Shown piece after piece: positions 50,081-63,600 of a stretch of DNA of 64,000 nucleotides. A model generated the notes under the pieces. The model had not been told where the DNA came from. It made no database searches and was given only the letters and a program-made list of their open reading frames with translations. The position numbers and the translations under genes are program-made. The stretch is from Macrostomum lignano (Eukaryota). Numbering within the stretch: position 1 is the stretch's first letter; each line of letters begins with the position of its first letter. The DNA lies in contig NIVC01000268.1 in NCBI GenBank assembly GCA_002269645.1, positions 531,647 through 595,646 of the forward strand. Reading direction: 5' to 3'.

Positions 50081-52511
50081 AGACCCCATCACCCGGTGAT
50101 GCAGAATCAGTACGTCTTCAGTGACATACAGCACAGATTTTTTGTCTAATTATAATTAGTAAAAAAGTTTCTAAGTCAGCTAGGAAATGTTCAGGAAACC
50201 TCTGGTGACACAAAAATCGATTAATTCTCTCAGCGGTTGCAGTCTCAGAGTTTGGAATCCTGTCATTTTGGCTGGCAGCCAATATACTGCCATAAATCCC
50301 ATAGCTTGCGGCCCAACACTGCAGAGTCCCAGAAGAAAGAGTTTTTTCTTCAGCTTCACAAATTGGCCATCATGTAGTGAGGCTGCATGCTTGCCAAAAA
50401 ATTAATAAGAAAAAATCTACATGACAAAAAGCTCTGAATGATGATGATGAAGATGAGAGAGAGAGAGAGAGTGAGTGAAAGTGTGAAAGCCTCATCAATG
50501 CAGCTCAGTAGCATTGTCCACAATGCATCCCCATCTTTGAGTTACCTTGGCTGGCTTTTTAACAATTCTCAATTTTTCACACCACCTATAACGACATCAT
50601 TCATCAGAGAAGTGCCAACTGATAGCCCGTGTGCAGGTGTCCGGTGACAATAGGCTAATTAATTATTTATTAGCTTTAATTTACAACACTATAACGTGTA
50701 AGACTCAACTGCATGCAAATTTTCTTCACTGTGTAATACTTGTCAATTTTTCTGGCCGTGTAAATCCAGCTTCCTGCATGGATGCTTCATCAAGTGTGAG
50801 TTATACATATAGGTAATCATATAGCAGCCAACTTTGGACCCTATAAAATTCTGTGCAAGCTTGTCCCTCAACTCACCTAAATGCATGCAGTATAGGCTTT
50901 GCTATTAACGCTTGTCAGAGAAATTTCTCAAAACCCAAGCATCGATCGGCAAAACCAACACTGAATTATAATTTCTACCTTTAATAAGCTGCTAGCTAAT
51001 ACCAGTGCAGCTTTCCTAGAACTCGGAGAGCGATAATTAAGATTATTGATGAGTTGAACTCCAGTGGGGAGGGCTATCGTGTATTTTAGGTCTACGCGCT
51101 GTCTCAAATTGACAGCTTTAAATTCTCGCAGTATTGGCTACATGCCATTGGATCCTCACAAATAGGTAAGATAATTAGCCAGCACTCATTAGTGGGATTT
51201 ATTGGTTTCGTTTTTTTCACTTGACAGACAAGTCCGTTAATCCAAGATTTACCTCCATTTGTGGTTCCTCAACTAGGATTAGTGCGTACATGTAGTACGT
51301 ATTGTGTCTTTTCTGATTTTAATCTAGCTTGCGTTAAAACATCAATTAAGACATATATGGTGATCATATGTACGCCCCTTTCAGAATACAACAATCTGCA
51401 TGCAAAATCGACATGCTTGTAATTAATAGGTGTAAAAGTTATAGTTGTAATTTTGTAATTCTGTCTTAAAATTGATCCAGCAGAATTCTCAGATAGACAC
51501 CCAATTTCGACTAATAGCCAATTGCATCCATTCTTTCCTCCCGGTTCAGATTTTCATTCTTTTGTTGTCCAGGCAACTGGTGGAGTGCCCGAACTATGGA
51601 AACATGTAATTCCAGTACCACTAAGGTCAGGAGGTTTAGTAATTTATTTCACAATTATATCGGGTCTTAATAGTAATTTGACATAGCAACAAAAGTATAT
51701 TTATTTTTATTGTTATTTAACTACTATGAGTAGCAATGCAAAAAATTATTGCGTGGAATGTCCATGTACGTTGTATTGTAAATATTTGTAAAGGTTTGAA
51801 GAGTAATATAAATTGCCATAGTGTACAGTTGGCAAAATAATTCAAATCTATTCATATTGCGAACAGTATATTAATTGATGAAATGAGCAAGCAGCAGATA
51901 TAAAAACCAGTTTTGATGATGGGATGACAAGAGGAGTTGAAGAGAAGGGAGATTATACACACTGTGCAGTCAGCTGGCGTAAAGTTAGTTTTCAGCGAAC
52001 GTATATAATTTAGTAAAGTCAGGAACATTACTTCCGAATTAGAGTGCATTTTAATTTGAATAAAGAAGCTAAAACTCTACGGAACGTGCAATGAAATTAT
52101 TCCTATGCCAGTTTAATAGATATGAAGATAACATTCCAGAATTTACCACAAAAATAGTTCCTGCAAAACGTAACTTAAAATTGCAACTACAGAAACTACA
52201 GAAATTGTACAGTAACATATTGTGGTTTATGTTTTTATTACGGACAAATAATATAAATAAAATACTTTCCGTAAGCACTAATAGCATATACTATAAATTA
52301 TCGTTTTTTGTTAGTCTTATGGTCTTTTTGGCGCAATTTAAAAACTTTTTTATTCAAAGAAACAAGTTGATACTGAAGTTCGGTTAAAAACGAAACAAAA
52401 AACGCTAGAAGATTGAACGAGCTTTTTTCCTCCTTATTAGTTGCAACACTGGCGCCAAGCTGCAAAGCCTTGAACTGTGAACTACAATATTTTTAACCAA
52501 AGCCTTTCAGT

Positions 52512-55500
52512 ATGTCGATTTTATACGATCGTAATAAAGACAACACAGTTGAAAAAGCTCTTTCTTTAGCGGAACGGTCAGGAATCCTACGTCTTTGTAA
52601 AAGAACTTTGAAGTCATTTCCACCTATAGCTGTTAAATTTAATTTTTTAGATCTTTTGACATTAGGTGAGTTAATTTGCTTTTATTTATTCCACTGGTAT
52701 TGGTAGTAAGTCCTCTGATTAATTTTGTTAATGTAAACATAGGATGAAGGATAATCGTATCAAATGGTATATAAGATAATTATAGGAATAATATATTCTA
52801 GTTTTAAGTGATTTGTCTTTGTAAATAGTCGTTTATTTAATCATATATTCCTATGGTTATAACAAGTATCTTATAATTTTTGAAAACATCAGGGTTAGAT
52901 TATATAATCTTAGATATTATTATTTATCTTTTTTATATAGTTTCCATATTGCAGATTGTGTTATATGTATGCCAGAAAGTATTTTACTATATATTAAAGT
53001 GTATGCCAGTAAAATATGCCAATTCAGTGTTCAGTAAATTGTATACCAATTTGTATGATTAACAAGCATACAAACAATGCAACAAGCAATAAATATAAAA
53101 AAAATTGCTGCAGAAAAATGAATCCTTTAATTATAAAAATGGAATTAATTAGTAAAACAAAGTAATTCTATTGTAGTGAAACTACAAGTAAGCTTGAAAA
53201 AATATATTTTATGAGTTAAAAGATAAAAGGATTGGGGCAAGAAACTTAACTACAAGAAAGAACTATAAAAGGAAATTAATATATGGTAAAATCATGGCAA
53301 ACCAAGCTGCAAAAAAGTACAACAAAATATCTATACTATATTATTGGGGGGGCAGGGGTAGCCCAGTGGTAGTTGGTAGTATAGCTGCTCTGCTGTGCTA
53401 GCGACCTAGGCTTGATTCAAAGTATAGTCACATTAATTTGGGGCTGAATTGTAATCTTGGAATTGGAAGCTTAGTTCTGCTTGTGCAATTAACAGCCTTG
53501 AGAGCCAACCCCCGAAGGCGTAGTGAAGTGTACATGCCTAACGATAATATAAAGTTAGGGCTGCTGTACATTCCTGTGTGAGTATGTACTTGTGTACTGG
53601 TATATATCTGCATGCTTGTATGCCTGCTCAAAAGAGTTGGTAGAATAGGAAGTAATGCCTCTTGCCAGTTGTGTACCTATGTCGCTTAAAGTGCGCCAGG
53701 GTGCACACAACCCCCTGCCTCTAATAAAAAAATCTATATTATTGATTTAGGCAGATTTTTTACTAATACTATAGAAAATTTGAGTAAATTATACAGTTTA
53801 GTTATATAGAAGATTTAAAAACCTAAATTATTGTCATAATTTTAAATTAGCTTTACTAAACAATTTGTTAGTGTAATTTATGCAATAATATTTTATACTT
53901 CTATGCTTTTTGTTGCTATGCTGCAAGCTTGAACAAGTATAGTTAAGAATTTTAAGCCAATGATTATGCTAGAAAGTTGTATAATGTATTTTGCTTCTTG
54001 TATGTCAGATGTATACTAGCCAAAGCATTTGAACCCTAGAATTTTCTCAAATATACTACACCTTCCACAATATGGTATAGCTTTGATTTATATAACTGTA
54101 TTCAATCCAATGTATTTTAAAAAGATTAAGAGTTTGCTAGCTGTTAGACCTCTTATATTTGACTAATATTAACAATAATAATCCTGTTTAATTACTTCTT
54201 TTGCAATATACAATAAATTCAAACCTATTTTTTCTATTCTTATATAGGTATACGAGCTATAAAGACCTATAAAAGAGGGAATTCTAAAGCTCTATATACA
54301 CTTATGCCTATTTATATCTTTATAGGTAAATAATAACTAAAGTTATAGATTAGTAGTTTAATAGCAAAATTATAGTTTAGTAGTTTTGATTTAAATCTAC
54401 CAAAGAACTGCATTTAATATTTAGTTCATTTTATCACTTCTTTAAGTTAAGTCCCAATTGCAAAGTTATGTTTATGATAGAAAGTAGCACAATAATAAAT
54501 AGTAATTTAGACTATTGAAAAAGCACAATAACTGATAAAGAAGTGATAAATATGGTCATGCATGTTAAAATTGAAGTCTATTGTCAATTAGCTAGATTTT
54601 AATACTTTGTGTACTTTTTAATATTAAGTTATAATTCTATATTATTTTATTACTTTTACATAAACTTTTGTTATTATTATAAAATTTAGTATCATAAAGT
54701 GTAGTGATAAGTTAAAAATATATAAATTCTAACATTAACATAAATGTTGCTTGTAATCTCAAGTTCTATTTCTAAATGTTTTTGTTAACTTATTGTAATC
54801 AAATTATATAATTTATAGTCTGTCTATTTTGTTAGCATATTTTATAGTAGTATATTTTTCTCCATTATAAGCTGGTGAATGTCTGATAGATTATCTTCTA
54901 TAAGTATTCTTGGCATTATTGAACAACCTACTATTTCAGAATTAGAAAAGAAATAGTTTTTTTTAATCTTCTTTCCAATGCACCCCTATGCCTACATTGT
55001 AGATCTATCGCAGAACAAGCTAACAGAATACCCAAAGCAGCTGTGCAACTGTCATTTTCTATCAATCAGCAATTGCAGTCACAATTTGTTAAAATCATTA
55101 CCAGACGAATTTGATCAGCTGCAGAATCTTCTACAATTAGACTTGAGCTACAATTGTTTAACTGTACTGCCAAAAGCATTGTGCAGATTGCAGAAATTGC
55201 AAGTGCTCATTATTTGTAATAATAAATTGTCCAGCTTGCCAGATGACTGTGGAGACCTTGTCAGTCTGGTAGTATTGGTGAGCTGTCAGTCAAATGAATA
55301 TCCTAATATCTTAAACCCCAACCACATGCATTAAATATGAAATTCATATTGATTTTTTTTCCAGGATGCATCAAATAACAAAATTCAGAGCGCTTCAGCC
55401 AGGCTGGTCAATTTGAAAGCGTTGAGAATCTTCAAGCTTCGCAACAATGCATTGCAAAGTGTGCCAGAAGGTATGTTGTGCCTTTTGTAGGTTTTTTTAG

Positions 55501-58500
55501 TTCTTCGGCTCTAAATGATTTCAAAGCTTGGAAAGCCAATTTGTGAAGATTCAAATTTGTGAAGATTCAAATATGTGAAAATTCGAACTTGTGAAGATTT
55601 GAACTTGTGAAGATTCGAAATTGTGAAGATTCAAATTTGTGAAGATTCGAAATTGTGAAGATTCAAATTTGTGAAGATTCAAATTTGTGAAGATTCGAAA
55701 TTGTGAAGATTCAAATTTGTGAAGATTCAAATTTGTGAAGATTCGAAATTGTGAAGATTCGAACTTGTGAAGATTCGAACTTGTGAAAATTTGAACTTGT
55801 GAAGATTCGAACTTGTGAAGATTCGAACTTGTGAAAATTTGAACTTGTGAAGATTCGAACTTGTGAAGATTCGAATTTTTGAAAATTCGAACTTTTTTTT
55901 TGAAAATTCGAACTTGTGAAGATTCGAACTTGTGAAGATTCGAACTTGTGAAGATCTGAACTTGTGAATATTCGAACTTGTGAAGATCTGAACTTGTGAA
56001 GATTCGAACTTCTGAAGATCTGAACTTGTGAAGATTCGAACTTCTGAAGATCTGAACTTGTGAAGATTCGAACTTCTGAAGATCTGAATTTGTGAAGATT
56101 CGAACTTGGGAAGATTCGAATTTGTGAAGACCTGTGAGCGTCATGGTCTCAACCTGTAGTTGCTACGGCAATTCGAGACACGCACTCATACACACGTTCA
56201 CACAGTTTACCTACTTACTAAGTAGCATAAAAAGCGTGTTTATTTATTCGCTAATACAAGTCAGAATCATCATATTCGCCTGAACCCCTACCAGAATGGT
56301 GCCATCTCCGGCTTCACTGCCTGGACTTGTCCGTCAATCAGCTGACAAACTTGCCGCCAGCCTACAGCGAGATGAGACCTGGCCTGACCCAGCTCAACCT
56401 TGAGCTCAATCCCATGCAGTCTCCGCCGCCTCACGTGTGCTGTCGCGGTCCCAGTCACGTGTTGAAATTTTTAGCCTCCTGCAGGGCCGGTACCGAACTG
56501 CCTTGGCACTATGCCAAACCGTCTTCCTCATCTGGGGCGGCAGTGTCCTCAGTTGGGCGGCGAAATCAAAATAATTTATCGGCGGCGACTTCAAAGGAAC
56601 CGGCTGATGCAACGGTGGCTAATTCTACTGGAGTTTTGATTGCTGCGCCTGAAGATTTTGCCGATTTTAATGGAGACGCTTTGCCTGTGAGCACTTGTGT
56701 TTTTCTTTTTAAAGAATTGGGACTATTTGAAATTGCGTGCTAGCTCCATTGGGATTTCCCAGATTTTAGAGGATTTTTCGTCTAAGTTTTATTTAGTTTT
56801 TTATATCCATGGGATTTTTTGGTTTTCTGGGATTTGAGTATCTGAGGGATCTGGTTTATTGGAGATTTGAGTGTGTGAGATCTGAGTTATCTGAGTTATT
56901 GGAGATTTGAGTGTGTGAGATCTGAGTTATGGAGGATCTGAGTGTCTGTGGGTTTTCAGTTATTGAGGATCTGAGTGTCTGGGATCTGAGTATCTGTGGG
57001 ATCTTAGTGTCTGTGGGATCTGAGTGTCTGTGGGATCTGAGTGTCTGTGGGATCTGAGTGTCTGTGGGATCTGAGTTATTGGGGATCTGAGTTATTGGGG
57101 ATCTGAGTTATTGGGGATCTGAGTTATTGGGGATCTGAGTTATTGGGGATCTGAGTTATTGGGGATCTGAGTTATTGGGGATCTGAGTTATTGGGGATCT
57201 GAGTTATTGGGGATCTGAGTTATTGGGGATCTGAGTGTCTGTGGGATCTGAGTTATTGGGGATTTGAGTTTCTGTGGGATCTGAGTTATTGGAGATTTGA
57301 GTGTCTGTGGGATCTGAGTTATTGGGGATCTGAGTTATTGGGGATCTGAGTGTCTGTGGGATCTGAGTTATTGGGGATTTGAGTTTCTGTGGGATCTGAG
57401 TTATTGGAGATTTGAGTGTCTGTGGGATCTGAGTTATTGGGGATCTGAGTTATTGGGGATCTGAGTTATTGGGGATCTGAGTGTCTGTGGGATCTGAGTT
57501 ATTGGGGATTTGAGTGTCTGTGGGATCTGAGTTATTGGAGATTTGAGTGTCTGTGGGATCTGAGTTATTGGGGATTTGAGTGTCAGTGGGATCAGAGTTA
57601 TTGGGGATCTGAGTTATTGGGGATCTGAGTTATTGAGGATTTGAGTGTCAGTGGGATCTGAGTTATTAGGGATCTGAGTTATTGAGGATTTGAGTGTCAG
57701 TGGGATCTGAGTTATTGGGGATTTGAGTTTCTGTGGGATCTGAGTTATTGGAGATTTGAGTGTCTGTGGGATCTGAGTTATTGGGGATCTGAGTTATTGG
57801 GGATCTGAGTGTCTGTGGGATCTGAGTTATTGGGGATTTGAGTTTCTGTGGGATCTGAGTTATTGGAGATTTGAGTGTCTGTGGGATCTGAGTTATTGGG
57901 GATCTGAGTTATTGGGGATCTGAGTTATTGGGGATCTGAGTGTCTGTGGGATCTGAGTTATTGGGGATTTGAGTGTCTGTGGGATCTGAGTTATTGGAGA
58001 TTTGAGTGTCTGTGGGATCTGAGTTATTGGGGATTTGAGTGTCAGTGGGATCAGAGTTATTGGGGATCTGAGTTATTGGGGATCTGAGTTATTGAGGATT
58101 TGAGTGTCAGTGGGATCTGAGTTATTAGGGATCTGAGTTATTGAGGATTTGAGTGTCAGTGGGATCTGAGTTATTGGGGATTTGAGTTATTGGGGATCTG
58201 AGTTATTGGGGATCTGAGTTATTGGGGATCTGAGTTATTGGGGATTTGAGTTATTGAGGATTTGAGTGTCAGTGGGATCTGAGTGTCTGTGGGATCTGAG
58301 TTATTGGGGATCTGAGTTATTGGGGATTTGAGTGTCTGTGGGATCTGAGTTATTGGGGATCTGAGTGTCTGTGGGATCTGAGTTATTGGGGATTTGAGTG
58401 TCTGTGGGATCTTAGTCTCTGGGATCTGAGTTATTGGGGATTTGAGATTGTGTGGGATCTGAGTTATTGGGGATTTGAGTGTCTGTGGGATCTGAGTTAT

Positions 58501-61500
58501 TGAGGATTTGAGTATCTGTGAGATCTGAGTTATTGGGGATTTGAGTGTCTGTGGGATCTGAGTCTCTGGGATCTGAGTTATTGGGGATTTGAGAATGTGT
58601 GGGATCTGAGTTATTGAGGATTTGAGAATGTGAGGGATCTGAGTTATTGAGGATTTGAGTGTCTGTGGGATCTGAGTTATTGAGGATTTGAGTGTCTGTG
58701 GAATCTTAGTCTCTGGGATCTGAGTTATTGAGGATTTGAGTGTCTGTGGGATCTGAGTCTCTGGGATCTGAGTTATTGGGGATTTGAGAATGTGTGGGAA
58801 CTGAGTTATTGAGGATTTGAGAATGTGTGGGAACTGAGTAATTGAGGATTTGAGAATGTGTGGGATCTGAGTTATTGAGGATTTGAGTGTCTGTGGGATC
58901 TGAGTTATTGAGGATTTGAGTATCTGTGAGATCTGAGTTATTGGGGATTTGAGTGTCTGTGGGATCTGAGTCTCTGGGATCTGAGTTATTGGGGATTTGA
59001 GAATGTGTGGGATCTGAGTTATTGAGGATTTGAGAATGTGTGGGATCTGAGTTATTGAGGATTTGAGAATGTGTGGGATCTGAGTTATTGAGGATTTGAG
59101 TGTCTGTGGGATCTGAGTTATTGGGGATTTGAGTGTCTGTGGGATCTGAGTCTCTGGGATCTGAGTTATTGGGGATTTGAGAATGTGTGGGATCTGAGTT
59201 ATTGAGGATTTGAGAATGTGTGGGATCTGAGTTATTGAGGATTTGAGAATGTGTGGGATCTGAGTTATTGAGGATTTGAGTGTCTGTGGGATCTGAGTTA
59301 TTGAGGATTTGAGTGTCTGTGAGATCTGGGTTATTGGGGATCTGAGTGTCTGTGGGATCTGAGTTATTGGGGATTTGAGAATGTGTGGGATCTGAGTTAT
59401 TGAGGATTTGAGTGTCTGTGGGATCTGAGTTATTGGGGATCTGAGTGTCTGTGGGATCTGAGTTATTGGGGATTTAAGTGTATCTTTCACTGTGCAAGTT
59501 TTATTTTAATGTAAAAATCCTCTTCAGTAATTAATTCCTTTTCATAATCACTGATTTTTTCGCCCTCTCAAACAAACAGTCCACAAAAGAAGTAAAAAAA
59601 TTGAAATGGACTGCAAACGCATTCCACATTGGCACTTGGTAAATTAATTAATTACGATTTACTGCCGTAAACATGGCAAATCACGAATATTTTAGTGTAA
59701 GATAAATAGAATGACAAGAAAATGAAGTTTTTACCCATTTGGTTTGTCGGCATGCATTCTGATGAGTCAAAATTTTTTTGTTTAGAATGTTTTTGCTAGT
59801 TTTTTAGCCCGCAATGTTTTTTTAACATTTTAATTTTCGCATTTTTACTATCAGTAGAGTGTTGGGACGTTTTTTGCTTAATTTGTTGTACAAAAAAACA
59901 ATTCTATTTCTTCAGTCGATGCCTCAGCTGACGCAGCGGCGAATTTCTACTGTCTCATCGGGTTCGTCTAGCGCCACTCAGCTCTCGGCTAGCGCTGCGG
60001 CTCTTCAATTCAGTTCGAGTAATTCGGTTATGCAACGGCTCGAGCAGCAATCTAGCCGGCTTGGCGGTAGTTCCACGTTGCCAAGGCGACGGACTGCAAC
60101 GATTGTAACTCTCGATGCAACCGCTGTTGACGCTTCAGTGAGCGGTGAGATTTTGCAATTTGAAATTGTTGGATTTGTTTTATGAGTATCTACGAGTTGA
60201 TATTGTTGCTAGGGTAGCTACTGTGTTGCTAGGGTAGCTACTGCGTTGCTAGGGTAGCTACTGCGTTGCTAGGGTAGCTACTGCGTTGCTAGGGTAGCTA
60301 CTGCGTTGCTAGGGTAGCTACTGCGTTGCTAGGGTAGCTACTGCGTTGCTAGGGTAGCTACTGCGTTGCTAGGGTAGCTACTGCGTTGCTATGGTAGCTA
60401 CTGCGTTGCTAGGGTAGCTACTGTGTTGCTAAGGTAGCTACTATGTTGCTAGGGTAGCTACTATGTTGCTAGGGTAGCTACTATGTTGCTAGGGTAACTC
60501 TTGTGTTGCTATGGCAGCGAGATCGTATTGCTATGGTAACTACTCGGCTATCACGTTGTGTTAAAAAACCATCCTCAATTCCAGCCTCCGCCCCAGCAGC
60601 GCCATCGGCCCCAGCGCACCAGTCGGCCAGTCCGGTCGCTGGAGACCAGCTCGGCCCGGCCGATGCCTCGGCCGTGGCAGCCATGCGCGCCATTGTGGAG
60701 CGTCGGCTCGGAGTTCGATTGCCTGATCGGTCAGACAGGCTGGCCGAACGCTTGATTGACGGACAGCTACTCGGACAGTTGGCCGAACTGGCCGGACAAG
60801 AAGGTGAAGCGTTGGTGTCGCCTGGTGGTCACGGCCGGCTGTTGGACTTGTACCAGCGGCTGGGAGTGTCCGAGGTGAGAATTAGAAGCGTACATTGCCA
60901 CGGAACTTACCTGTTGCTATGGAGCCGGTTTTTTGCTATGGGAACTACCCTGTAGCTCTGGAAACTATCCTGTTGCTATGGGAACCATCCTGCTGCTCTG
61001 GAAACTATCCTGTTGCTATGGAACATCATGCTGCTAGGGAAAATATCCTGTTGCTATGGTCACCATCCTGTTACTATGGGAATTATCCTGCTGCTGTGGG
61101 AACTATCTGTTGCTATGGCAACTATCATGCTGCTATGGAAAATATCCTGTTGCTATGGGAACTATCCTGTTGCTCTGGGAACTATCATGCTGCTATGGGA
61201 AATATCCTGTTGCCATAACAACTATCCTGTTGCTGTGGAACTATCTGTTGCTATGGGAACTATCATACTGCTATGGGAAATATCCTGTTGCTATAACAAC
61301 TATATTGTTGCTATGGGAACTATCCTGTTGCTATGGTGACTATCCTGTTGCAATATACTACTCTGCTATGAAGCGATAATTCTTACATTAGGTAGTTGTA
61401 TTAAGTTTCGCGATTGCTTTCTTGAAAGAATTTTCGTCGTAACCTTTTTTCTGGGCTCAGCGATCTTTGCTTGGTAACATAACTTAACCTGCTAACTGTT

Positions 61501-61755
61501 AACTTTAATAAGTTAAATTAACCGTATTTTCTACTTGCAGTGCGGTGTTAAACCGTAGTTTGTGTTAATAATGCGATTCCTAACTTGTAAAAAACACATT
61601 TTCAGGCTAACTTGTCCTTAATGGCAAAACTAGGGGACTGTCGTGTCAGAGGACCGCCACAGTTTCAAGACAAAGTGCTGGCAATTGCTTTGCTTATCTT
61701 CTGGCTTCTCACCTGCGGTTACTTGCTAAATAACAGCTGGACTGTTGCTTGCTGA
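52512..61755 (+). CDS. LRCH: Leucine-rich repeat and calponin-homology domain protein (LRCH) with C-terminal transmembrane segment, 7 exons, about 531 aa
   Basis: Exons 52512-52665, 55003-55277, 55365-55470, 56295-56686, 59916-60144, 60585-60874, 61606-61755; all GT-AG and in phase (1596 nt). TVEKALSLAERSGILRL resembles the LRCH N-cap. LRRs end NPMQSPPPHVCCRG..HVLKFL. CH domain MRAIVERRLGVRLP...LIDGQLLGQLA...RLGVSE. Terminal hydrophobic VLAIALLIFWLLTCGYLL. Confidence 0.9.
53352..53733 (+). mobile_element. Possible decayed tRNA-derived SINE in LRCH intron 1
   Basis: tRNA-like 5' end GCAGGGGTAGCCCAGTGGTAG, degenerate B-box GGCTTGATTC, a GC-richer body than the flanks, and an A-rich end TAATAAAAAAA. 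Confidence 0.35.
55535..56130. repeat. 16-bp minisatellite (TTGTGAAGATTCGAAC) in LRCH intron 3
   Basis: About 36 copies. Confidence 0.95.
56850..59478. repeat. 16-bp-based compound minisatellite (GGGGATCTGAGTTATT / GAGTGTCTGTGGGATCT) in LRCH intron 4
   Basis: About 2.6 kb with higher-order blocks. Source of the 423-aa spurious ORF. Confidence 0.97.
60205..60545. repeat. 20-bp minisatellite (GCTAGGGTAGCTACTGCGTT) in LRCH intron 5
   Basis: About 15 copies. Confidence 0.95.
60905..61355. repeat. 20-bp minisatellite (ACTATCCTGTTGCTATGGGA) in LRCH intron 6
   Basis: About 22 degenerate copies sharing TTGCTA(G/T)GG with the intron 5 array. Confidence 0.92.
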
Positions 61756-61924
61756 TGTCGTGTTTTAAATATTTCGATATTATGAAACAGAACATTGGTC
61801 TTGATATTCATTTTGTTCATAAAACATAGCTCATTATTATTAGATTTTTTTGGCGTACTCTATTGTGGTCGATGCTACATGTGCATCAAATAAGGTATGT
61901 GCATTCCGTCTCAGTACCGTCAGA

Positions 61925-62280
61925 GTCTGCCCCTAATGTACTCTCTCTCTCGACGAAACCCCTACCCCAATAGCATCTGCCCCCAATGTACACTCTCCCG
62001 ACGAAACCCCTACCCCAATAGCATCTGCCCCCAATGTACACTCTCCTGACTAAACCCTACCCCAGTAGCCTCTGCCCCCAATGTACACTCTCTCCTGACT
62101 AAACCCTACCCCAGTAGCCTCTGCCCCCAATGTACACTCTCCTGACTAAACCCTACCCCAGTAGCCTCTGCTCCCAATGTACACTCTCCTGACTAAACCC
62201 TACCCCAGTAGCCTCTGCCCCCAATGTACACTCTCTCCTGATCTAACCCATACCACAGTAAGCCTCTGCCCTCAATGTAC
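61925..62280. repeat. ~47-bp minisatellite (TCTGCCCCCAATGTACACTCTCCTGACTAAACCCTACCCCAGTAGCC) x ~7
   Basis: Tandem copies downstream of the LRCH stop codon. Confidence 0.9.
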
Positions 62281-62999
62281 ACCTAAAGGCCACTCTAGAA
62301 CTTAAAATTGTCGAAAAACATTGTAGCATTTATTCTCATGGCGTATTATTCGTCCTATTTTTGTCCTGGAAAGTTTTCAACAGTTCATTTAAAACAATAT
62401 TTCCAAGTTGCATATTCAATCGATGCACTGAATTCCTCTATCACTCACTTTCTAAGCTGTGGCCATAGGATATTCTTTAAGCTTTCAACTTATTTATCCA
62501 CTACTAATATACAGTTTTTGTACGTTTTTATCTACGCTCAATGTGAGTTTTTAGAATTGTAACTTCTATTATTAAAACATTACCACGATAAACCGGTTTT
62601 TACAATAGTAATATTGAAAATCATTGCCTTGTTACATATGTTATAATTGAATCTCTGTCTGCTTTCACTTTGTCTCTTTGTCTTTTAATAATAAATTTAC
62701 CTATTTTAACCACATTGTCTAGTAATTTTAAATTTTATTATTTTATTTTTTAAGTCTTGTTATATACGTTTCCTAGTTTTTTCGTTAAGAACTTTCTTCT
62801 CTTAACTTAATTCTATCTAGTTGCAGTTTTATAGTGAACATTTGATCCATCTCGATGGTCAGGAGAAAGTGCTTAATGCCCCTATATAGTTTCTGGATAG
62901 TTTCGATACGCTACTTATGTACATTCTGATCTATTTTTATTTTTATTGGTTTACAAATTTGTTTTATGTGTACATGCTCCCGGGATAACATAGAACACG

Positions 63000-63025
63000 T
63001 CACAGACAGACAGACAGACAGGCAG

Positions 63026-63083
<58 letters not shown>

Positions 63084-63283
63084 GGAGAGACAGACAGACA
63101 GACACTATGACAGACAGATAGACAGACAGACAGACACTATGACAGACAGATAGACAGAGAGATAGACAGACAGACAGACAGACAGACACTATGACAGACA
63201 AACAGACAGGCAGACAGACGGACAGACAGACATTAAGACACTAAGACAGAGAGACAGACAGACAGACGGACAGACAGACACGC

Positions 63284-63322
<39 letters not shown>

Positions 63323-63569
63323 TAAACACTATGGCAGACAGATAGACAGATAGACAGACACTATGACAGACACTATGACAGACAGATAGACAGACAGACA
63401 GACAGACAGACACACAGACAGACAGACAGACAGACAGACGGAGACACAGACAGACAGACACTATGACAGACAGATAGACAGACAGACAGACACTATGACA
63501 GACAGATAGACAGAGAGATAGACAGACAGACAGACAGACAGACACTATGACAGACAAACAGACAGGCAG

Positions 63570-63600
<31 letters not shown>

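Noticed and set aside
58219-59490. 423-aa minus-strand ORF
   Set aside because: Compound minisatellite within LRCH intron 4.
59755-59790. Hammerhead ribozyme core (CTGATGAG)
   Set aside because: No downstream GAAA or flanking stems. The other CTGATGA hits I saw also lack them or lie in coding sequence.
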